Assembly (NCBI GenBank): GCA_964573245.1
Contig: CAZNJA010000028.1
Coordinates: forward strand, 1,805 to 16,695
DNA length: 14,891 nucleotides
Direction of reading: 5' to 3'
Origin: an uncultured bacterium
Lineage (GTDB): Bacteria > CAIJMQ01
Within the stretch, counting starts at the first letter, position 1. Each line of letters opens with the position of its first letter. Position numbers and translations under genes: made by a program. Below the pieces are notes generated by a model, which was given only the letters and a program-made list of their open reading frames with translations, searched no databases and was not told where the DNA came from. Positions 8,339 to 14,238 of this stretch are shown piece by piece.

Positions 8339-9007
8339 ATGACTGAACTTGTTAAAGCAAAGGAGCAATTCAGATTTTACACAAGGGTGCATTTGTCCGA
8401 GCTGACAGGTTTGAAAGCAGCCAACTTGCCTCAAATGCTTAACCTTTTAAAAGAAGTTCCTGGCTCAAGTATTTATCACCATACGCATAGATTTTTACAG
8501 CAACACCAATATCTTTCTCCTGAACCTCCGAACGATTTTGCTTATTGGGTAAAAGAAATGTTGGGGGAAGACGAACTATCGGAAAGATTGGCGAGCATTG
8601 ATACTATTCAGTTCCCTCATATCCGCGAGTTGAGGGAGAAAATCATAAAAACAATAGAAGATTATTTGAAAAAGAATCCTTCGGTGACCGCTAAAGTCGC
8701 CAAAAAGAACGAGGAATTCCATTTCATAAAATCTATAAGCTTTATATTTCCTACGAATTATATAGCAACCGATTTGAAAGAATTTGTTGAAATTTTTAAA
8801 AAAATAACGATAGATTCAATTTATTTTCATATTTTCGAGGCGCGCTTGCGGCTTGAGAAGGAAACCAACGATTTTTCTCTTTGGATTGAGAAATCGCTTG
8901 GCAATCAGAAATTAGCGGACAAGATTGCAAGATTAGACCCTTATACGAGAACTTTGGAAGATTTACGTAATGTTATCGTGAATATGATTGAAACCGAAAT
9001 CCGGTAA
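8339..9007 (+). CDS. DUF5752 / OrfY-like protein with an internal duplication, partner of TreT
   Basis: Two homologous halves: AANL..SIYHH..NDFAYWV..LG..L..RL..ID..LRE versus ATDL..SIYFH..NDFSLWI..LG..LA..I..LD..LRN. Lies directly upstream of treT. Confidence 0.75.
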   Translation: MTELVKAKEQFRFYTRVHLSELTGLKAANLPQMLNLLKEVPGSSIYHHTHRFLQQHQYLSPEPPNDFAYWVKEMLGEDELSERLASIDTIQFPHIRELREKIIKTIEDYLKKNPSVTAKVAKKNEEFHFIKSISFIFPTNYIATDLKEFVEIFKKITIDSIYFHIFEARLRLEKETNDFSLWIEKSLGNQKLADKIARLDPYTRTLEDLRNVIVNMIETEIR

Positions 9008-9013
9008 ATTAAC

Positions 9014-10240
9014 ATGGCAAGAATAGAAGATTATATTCCTATAGTAGGGCAATCGGTTATCGACGATTTAAGATTGATATCCGAAAAACTAAAAGGCAAG
9101 GTAGTTCAACATGTGAATTCCACCGCGGTCGGCGGCGGAGTTGCGGAAATATTGAACCGTATGGTGCCTTTATTGAGAGAATTGGGCGTTAATACGCGCT
9201 GGGATGTCGTAAAAGGCGGGGAGCAATTTTTCGAGGTTACAAAAAAGTTTCATAATGCTCTGCATGGTAAAAATGAGGAAATTAGCAAACGGGATTTCGA
9301 TATCTTTATGCAGACGAGTCAAAAAAATATCGATGAGATGAATATTTACGGAGATATCGTTTTTATACACGACCCCCAACCGATAGCTCTGATAAAAAAG
9401 AAAAATAATAATAAGTGGATTTGGCGCTGTCATGTCGATATATCCAACCCGCATAAAGAAGTTTGGCAGTTTCTTAAAAATTTCATAACAGAATATCATG
9501 CGGCTGTATTTTCAGCTCCTGCTTTTTCTCATAAATTGCCGATAAGGCAGTTTTTAATTCCTCCCTCCATAGACCCGCTAAGCGATAAGAATAAGGAATT
9601 GCCTCGTAAAACCATAGACACTGTTTTACGTAAATACAATATTGGGAAAAAGAAACCGGTCATTATGCAGATATCCCGTTTTGACCGGCTAAAGGACCCA
9701 GTAGGCGTAATTGAAGCGTATAAATTGGTGAAAAAATATTTCGACTGCCAGCTTGTTTTGGCGGGAGGAACCGCAAATGACGACCCAGAAGGGGCGGAAG
9801 TTTTTGCGGAAGTCCAGGAAAAAGCAAAGGGGGACAAAGACATACACATTTTGGCTTTTTCCTCGAGTTACTCGCAAAAAAACGATATCGAAATAAATGC
9901 ATTGCAACGCGCGGCAACGGTAATAGTTCAAAAATCTTTAAGGGAAGGGTTTGGTTTAACTGTCTCCGAAGCGTTGTGGAAAGCGAAACCCGTTGTTGCA
10001 TCTCATGTTGGAGGAATCCCATTGCAAGTGCGGCATAAGTATTCGGGATTGCTTTGTTATTCCGTGGAGGGGGCCGCTTTTGCTTTGAAACAACTTTTAA
10101 GCAGTCCCGAATACGCAAAGAAATTGGGTGAAAATGGCAGAGGGCATATAAAAAACAATTTCTTGATTACCCGCCACATAAAAGATTATATGCTTTTATT
10201 CCTCACTTTGTATTATAAAAAAAATATAGTGAATTTATAG
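9014..10240 (+). CDS. treT: Trehalose glycosyltransferring synthase-like GT4 glycosyltransferase
   Basis: TreT-type motifs HVNSTAVGGGVAEIL, HNALHG, HDPQP, WRCHVD, PPSIDPLS, SRFDRLKDP and GT4 EGFGLTVSEALWK. Confidence 0.85.
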   Translation: MARIEDYIPIVGQSVIDDLRLISEKLKGKVVQHVNSTAVGGGVAEILNRMVPLLRELGVNTRWDVVKGGEQFFEVTKKFHNALHGKNEEISKRDFDIFMQTSQKNIDEMNIYGDIVFIHDPQPIALIKKKNNNKWIWRCHVDISNPHKEVWQFLKNFITEYHAAVFSAPAFSHKLPIRQFLIPPSIDPLSDKNKELPRKTIDTVLRKYNIGKKKPVIMQISRFDRLKDPVGVIEAYKLVKKYFDCQLVLAGGTANDDPEGAEVFAEVQEKAKGDKDIHILAFSSSYSQKNDIEINALQRAATVIVQKSLREGFGLTVSEALWKAKPVVASHVGGIPLQVRHKYSGLLCYSVEGAAFALKQLLSSPEYAKKLGENGRGHIKNNFLITRHIKDYMLLFLTLYYKKNIVNL

Positions 10241-10242
10241 TT

Positions 10243-10611
10243 TTATTTACTCTTGCCTCTAATTTTAATACCTTTTGCCCTTAAAGCATCAGTTTTTGCT
10301 TTTGAGCATTCCCTGCAAAGAAATATTGGTTTTGTATCCCTTTTGTCGTAATTGGGAGCCCTTACCAGACGCCATAAATTTTCTTCTTTCCCGCAATTAT
10401 CACATGTACCCTTATCTTTGAATTGCCAGACTTCAACCGCATAACTGGTAAATATAAATCTGTCAATCCAGAAAAAAATTGAACCACCTATTAAATTGGC
10501 TGTAACCGTTGCCCAGATTCCTGCCCCTAAGTTTCTTACCACGAGCCATAAAATAGGAGTGCTTAACTGCCACCGAAATAAATATAATAAAAATTTTCTG
10601 AGGTTGACCAT
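10243..10611 (-). CDS. Hypothetical protein: short hydrophobic (GtrA-like) N-terminus plus C-terminal 4-Cys zinc ribbon
   Basis: Likely ATG at 10611 (122 aa, MVNLRKFLLYLFRWQLSTP..ANLIGGSIFFWIDRFIF), followed by CDNC..CREC and a basic tail. Confidence 0.7.
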   Translation of the reverse strand: MVNLRKFLLYLFRWQLSTPILWLVVRNLGAGIWATVTANLIGGSIFFWIDRFIFTSYAVEVWQFKDKGTCDNCGKEENLWRLVRAPNYDKRDTKPIFLCRECSKAKTDALRAKGIKIRGKSK

Positions 10612-10668
10612 ATTTTGTTCCCAAATAGGTGTGACAACAAGTAACAATTAGATTGTATAAAGACTCGG

Positions 10669-10743
10669 CGGGGCCGACGGGGCTCGAACCCGCGACCTCC
10701 AGATCGACAGTCTGGCATTCTAAACCAACTGAACTACGGCCCC
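10669..10743 (-). tRNA. tRNA-Asp(GTC)
   Basis: Reverse complement GGGGCCGTAGTTCAGTTGGTTTAGAATGCCAGACTGTCGATCTGGAGGTCGCGGGTTCGAGCCCCGTCGGCCCCG folds as a cloverleaf. Anticodon arm CCAGA-CTGTCGA-TCTGG, discriminator G. It is followed by CCG, so CCA is not fully encoded. Confidence 0.95.
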
Positions 10744-10749
10744 CGATAT

Positions 10750-10823
10750 AAGTATTAAGTAATAAGAATTAAGGATTATTAAAAGATGTAAACTTAATAC
10801 TGTATCCTTAATACTTAATCCTT
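10750..10823. repeat. Inverted array of degenerate heptamers filling the tRNA spacer
   Basis: AAGTATT AAGTAAT AAGAATT AAGGATT (10750-10777), an 18-bp centre, then the complementary units AATACTG TATCCTT AATACTT AATCCTT (10796-10823). Confidence 0.8.
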
Positions 10824-10898
10824 TGGTGGGCGATAGAGGATTTGAACCCCTGACTTCCTCCGTGTAAGGGAGGCGCTCTCCCGCTAAGCTAATCGCCC
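10824..10898 (-). tRNA. tRNA-Val(TAC)
   Basis: Reverse complement GGGCGATTAGCTTAGCGGGAGAGCGCCTCCCTTACACGGAGGAAGTCAGGGGTTCAAATCCTCTATCGCCCACCA. Anticodon arm CCTCC-CTTACAC-GGAGG, with CCA encoded. Confidence 0.96.
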
Positions 10899-10947
10899 GT
10901 TATTAATATCTTCTTTTCATTGATTATATTTCTGTTTTGTAATGTGC

Positions 10948-10977
10948 AGTCTATCATAAATTGCAGATATATTTCAA
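10948..10977 (-). promoter_or_regulatory. Candidate promoter for the tRNA-Val/tRNA-Asp pair
   Basis: On the minus strand: TTGAAA (10977-10972), 18 bp spacer, TAGACT (10953-10948) preceded by TGn. A second TATAAT lies at 10928-10923. Confidence 0.35.
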
Positions 10978-11004
10978 AACTCGAAGAATTTAGCGACTAC
11001 TTCT

Positions 11005-12477
11005 TTAATCAGCTTTTCCTTTTTGCAAATATTCCTTTTCCCATATAGGGTCCGCTAATTTTCTGTATTTGGTATTGTATTGCGGCATATAACCCTGCTC
11101 TATAAAGGAGAGATAAGTTTTTGCTCCCTCATCAATTGGCTGTGCTCCCACTTCTTTTACTATTTTATGAAAAACATCGCAGTTATCCCTTATTATGCAG
11201 GGAGCAAGTAGATTCCCGCATTTTTCTTTTGGTTGGTCCAACCAATAAGAAGAATGCCATTTTCTTATAGCGCTAAAAAACGGCGATTTCAGAACGTCTG
11301 TTAAGGTTTCGCCTCTTTTGTATACCTCATATATATTGCCGAAAGCTTTATCCTTGAACGGTATGAATACACATGGAGTAATAGTCCCATCCCACGTTAT
11401 GTAAAAGTATCCGCCGCCGCGCCCAGCCGCCATGCATCCATCGGATGCAGTTCCTGAATTCCAGAAGTCCCCAATAAATAATTTATCCTTTACTACCTTT
11501 TTCCAAATGGTTCTATACATTTTTACCCTTTGTTCAGGTGTAACCATAAATTCCATAGAAGGTTCCCTTCCTATCGGCATATATTGGAAATACCATCCAT
11601 AGGAAATACCTTTTTCTTTAAAAAGGAAATTAAGGAATTCATCCGAGAGAAGTAAATCGGCATTATGAGAACAGGGCGTTACGGAAATGCCAAACAAAAC
11701 TCCTGCTTCTTTCAAATTATCCATTGCATCCATTACTTTTTTGAAAACTCCTTTTCCGCGTCTATAATCGGTTTCTTTCTCGAAGCCCTCTACCGATAAG
11801 GCAGGAGTGAAATTCCCAAGTTTTGCCAGTTTTTTGGCTTTTTCTTTAGTTATAAGTGTTCCGTTTGTATAACAAAGGAAATATGAGTCGTTATGTTTTT
11901 CTAGTATATCCATTAAAGTTTTACCATTGCTTTTATACATAAACGGTTCTCCGCCGGAAATCACAAAAAAGTGTGCTGCAAATTCCTTTTTCATGTCCGA
12001 TATTATTCTGTCAAATGTGTCAAAGTCTATTGTGTGTTTAGTATAGATATCACCCGCATAACAACCTTTACATTTTAAGTTACACACATTGGTGGGAGCA
12101 ATGGTGATAAAGCCGGGTGGTCTGAAACCGTTTTTTTCGTGGAATTGTCTCCTGGTATGGATGCCCTGGACAAATATTTTCGAAAGGAATATATCGATTA
12201 TTTTATCTGCCGATTGCGGAGAAATACTCTTTAATTCGAACGCGCGCTCAATGGATTTCAACAGCGCTTTCGACATATGTGCCCTGTCTTCCAGAAGTTT
12301 TTCTGGTCGTGACGGACCTTGCTCGTCGAAAGACATTCTGTCCATCGCTTTTTCGATAGCGTGTAATAAAGCTTTTCTTGTTACCGCGTTTTTCAAAGCG
12401 GCATTTAACAATACAATAGTTAACTTGGAAGCAGGACCTTTTTGCATGACATTCAAGACTCTGCCCTCAAGCCTCAT
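11005..12477 (-). CDS. Radical SAM protein with C-terminal SPASM/twitch-like Cys-rich domain
   Basis: CNLKCKGC (CxxxCxxC), SGGEPF, TNGTLI, and further cysteines in GCMAAG, TPCVF, KCGN and APCIIRDNC. SD GGGAGG lies upstream of the ATG. Confidence 0.9.
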   Translation of the reverse strand: MRLEGRVLNVMQKGPASKLTIVLLNAALKNAVTRKALLHAIEKAMDRMSFDEQGPSRPEKLLEDRAHMSKALLKSIERAFELKSISPQSADKIIDIFLSKIFVQGIHTRRQFHEKNGFRPPGFITIAPTNVCNLKCKGCYAGDIYTKHTIDFDTFDRIISDMKKEFAAHFFVISGGEPFMYKSNGKTLMDILEKHNDSYFLCYTNGTLITKEKAKKLAKLGNFTPALSVEGFEKETDYRRGKGVFKKVMDAMDNLKEAGVLFGISVTPCSHNADLLLSDEFLNFLFKEKGISYGWYFQYMPIGREPSMEFMVTPEQRVKMYRTIWKKVVKDKLFIGDFWNSGTASDGCMAAGRGGGYFYITWDGTITPCVFIPFKDKAFGNIYEVYKRGETLTDVLKSPFFSAIRKWHSSYWLDQPKEKCGNLLAPCIIRDNCDVFHKIVKEVGAQPIDEGAKTYLSFIEQGYMPQYNTKYRKLADPIWEKEYLQKGKAD

Positions 12478-12507
12478 TCTAATCTTCCTCCCTATTTTAT
12501 TTGCCCC

Positions 12508-12558
12508 AAAATATCACTGTTTTTTGTATTTGTCAAACCTTGCAAAAAACTGTATTAT
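12508..12558. promoter_or_regulatory. Overlapping divergent sigma70 promoters (radical SAM gene / purN)
   Basis: Minus strand: TTGACA (12536-12531), 17 bp, TATTTT (12513-12508) with TGn extension. Plus strand: TTGTCA (12530-12535), 17 bp, TATTAT (12553-12558). Confidence 0.55.
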
Positions 12559-12579
12559 ACTCATTTTAGAGAAAGTAAA

Positions 12580-13206
12580 ATGGGCAGGGGAAGACTAAAA
12601 ATTGCTGTTTTGGGTTCTACGAAGGGGACTGATCTTGACGCTGTTTGTAACGCTATACAAACAGGCGAATTGGACGCTGAAATCGCAGTAGTAATTTCCG
12701 ATAGGAAAAATGCGTATATTTTGGAAAGGGCGAAAAAACAGGGCATTCCCGCTTTTTTTATAAACCCGCAAAATTTTCGGGGAAGAGAGGATTATGACAG
12801 GGATATAATAGAAAAATTAAACCGCGAGCAAATAGGCCTTGTTCTTCTTATAGGATACATGAGAATTCTTTCTTCATATTTTATAGAGCAGTTTAGAAAC
12901 AGGATTATAAATATCCATCCGTCTTTACTCCCTGCGTTTGCGGGGGGTATGGATTTGGATGTTCATAAATTGGTGATAGAAAAAGGGATAAAAGTTAGCG
13001 GTTGCACGCTTCATTTTGTTGATGAAGGAACCGATACAGGCCCGATTATTTTGCAACAATCCGTCGAGGTAAATAAAAATGATACTCCGCAGTCTCTTAA
13101 AGAAAAAGTTCAGAAAGCCGAACAGGAAGTTATTGTAAAGGGAATAAAACTTTTTCAAAATGGGCGTCTGGAAGTGAAAAGCGGGAAGGTTGAAATCATA
13201 TCTTGA
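12580..13206 (+). CDS. purN: Phosphoribosylglycinamide formyltransferase
   Basis: IAVVISD, LERAKK, GYMRIL, INIHPSLLP, SGCTLHFVDEGTDTGPIILQ. The start is set at ATG 12580 because the ORF-track extension to 12442 overlaps the divergent gene and the promoters. Confidence 0.93.
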   Translation: MGRGRLKIAVLGSTKGTDLDAVCNAIQTGELDAEIAVVISDRKNAYILERAKKQGIPAFFINPQNFRGREDYDRDIIEKLNREQIGLVLLIGYMRILSSYFIEQFRNRIINIHPSLLPAFAGGMDLDVHKLVIEKGIKVSGCTLHFVDEGTDTGPIILQQSVEVNKNDTPQSLKEKVQKAEQEVIVKGIKLFQNGRLEVKSGKVEIIS

Positions 13207-13267
13207 TGATATTTTTGAGAGTATAAGTTTTTTCTCTTTTTAATCAAAAATTCATGGGCTACAATTC

Positions 13268-13705
13268 ATGGACTACATAATTCGACATGCAAAAGAAAGC
13301 GATATTGAGCAAATTCAGCGAATAGAAGAAGAGTCTTTCCCGAGCCCCTTTTCTAATAAACAAATTCTCTTGTTATATTCCGATTACAAAGAAATATTTT
13401 TCGTTGCGGAAAAGGACAGCGAAATTTTAGGATATATAGTCGGAATAAAAAGTTTTAGAAAAATTACCATTGCCACAATTGCGGTGAAGGAGGAATATAG
13501 AAGAGAAGGTATTGCCGCTAAATTAATGCGTCATTTTATAAAAAAGGCAAGAACGATAACACAAACGCTCGAACTTCAAGCCCGCATAAGCAACAAACCT
13601 GCCATATTTTTTTACGAGGAGGCTGGGTTTACTTGCGAGGGGATTTTGCATAGGTATTATCCCGACAAAGAAGACGCAATTTTATATCGGAGGAGTTTGC
13701 GATGA
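13268..13705 (+). CDS. RimI-like GNAT N-acetyltransferase
   Basis: IEEESFPSPF, acetyl-CoA motif IAVKEEYRREGIA, SNKPAIFFY..GF and RYYPDKEDA. Confidence 0.85.
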   Translation: MDYIIRHAKESDIEQIQRIEEESFPSPFSNKQILLLYSDYKEIFFVAEKDSEILGYIVGIKSFRKITIATIAVKEEYRREGIAAKLMRHFIKKARTITQTLELQARISNKPAIFFYEEAGFTCEGILHRYYPDKEDAILYRRSLR

Positions 13706-13740
13706 AAAAATTTCAACGGGTTGATTATTCTTTGAAATGC

Positions 13741-13769
13741 TTGACACTGCGGAATGTTTTAGTTAATAT
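13741..13769 (+). promoter_or_regulatory. Sigma70-type promoter upstream of the 74-aa membrane protein
   Basis: Perfect TTGACA (13741-13746), 17 bp, TAATAT (13764-13769). Strong SD AGGAGGTGA at 13813-13821. Confidence 0.6.
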
Positions 13770-13824
13770 ACAAGCGGTTTTTATAACTTTCGTACGTAAA
13801 AGAAATTTAAATAGGAGGTGAAAA

Positions 13825-14049
13825 ATGGTTGCGTTTGTTCTTGGTCTTGTGGCTTTTGTTTTGGGTCTTGTTGGAATTATTGGTTGGGGAACCGATTTCG
13901 TGACTGTTCTTAAAGGGACAGTGCCTCTTATCCTTTTGTTGGGCGGACTTATAGCGTTATACGGAGCATATACCGCGCAACAAGATAAGATGGAAGCTAA
14001 AAAGGAAGGGAAGAAGGAAGAAAAAAAAGAGAAAAAAGAAAAGAAGTAA
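13825..14049 (+). CDS. Small two-TM membrane protein with Lys/Glu-rich tail (MamI-like pattern)
   Basis: Strong SD and promoter, two hydrophobic Gly-rich helices separated by W..LKGTVP, and the tail KKEGKKEEKKEKKEKK. Confidence 0.8.
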   Translation: MVAFVLGLVAFVLGLVGIIGWGTDFVTVLKGTVPLILLLGGLIALYGAYTAQQDKMEAKKEGKKEEKKEKKEKK

Positions 14050-14238
14050 GCAGTTCCTGTTAGGCGGAATATAAATATTGCGAAACAGTTTAATCTTGTT
14101 GTTTTGTTGTGCCTTGGTTTGTCTGTTATCTTTTGCAACCCCTTCTTTGCACAGTCTATTTCACGCGAGGGGCATTCCTCAAACATTAATTCATTAAGCA
14201 TTCATTGAGTTGTTTATCTTTTATAACAATTTGAAATC

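Noticed and set aside
515..10118. Numerous short antisense or alternate-frame ORFs inside mscS, the ABC genes and treT
   Set aside because: They are nested in or overlap well-supported genes and lack motifs or ribosome-binding sites.
5794..10668. Genomic island integrated at the tRNA-Asp 3' end
   Set aside because: No integrase, transposase or duplicated tRNA 3' end (att site) was found in the window, and the genes are metabolic.
12442..12579. N-terminal extension of PurN given in the ORF track
   Set aside because: It overlaps the divergent radical SAM gene and both predicted promoters, and PurN similarity starts only after ATG 12580.
12089..12598. 169-aa plus-strand ORF
   Set aside because: Antisense to the radical SAM gene, with no recognisable motifs.
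13710..13738. Inverted repeat ATTTCAA-N15-TTGAAAT just upstream of the -35 at 13741
   Set aside because: The arms are short and AT-rich, as expected by chance. There is no GC stem or U-tract for a terminator and no second copy to support an operator.
13725..14201. 158-aa minus-strand ORF
   Set aside because: It is the antisense shadow of the 74-aa gene, which has a strong SD and promoter. Its Phe/Ser run simply mirrors the Lys/Glu codons.
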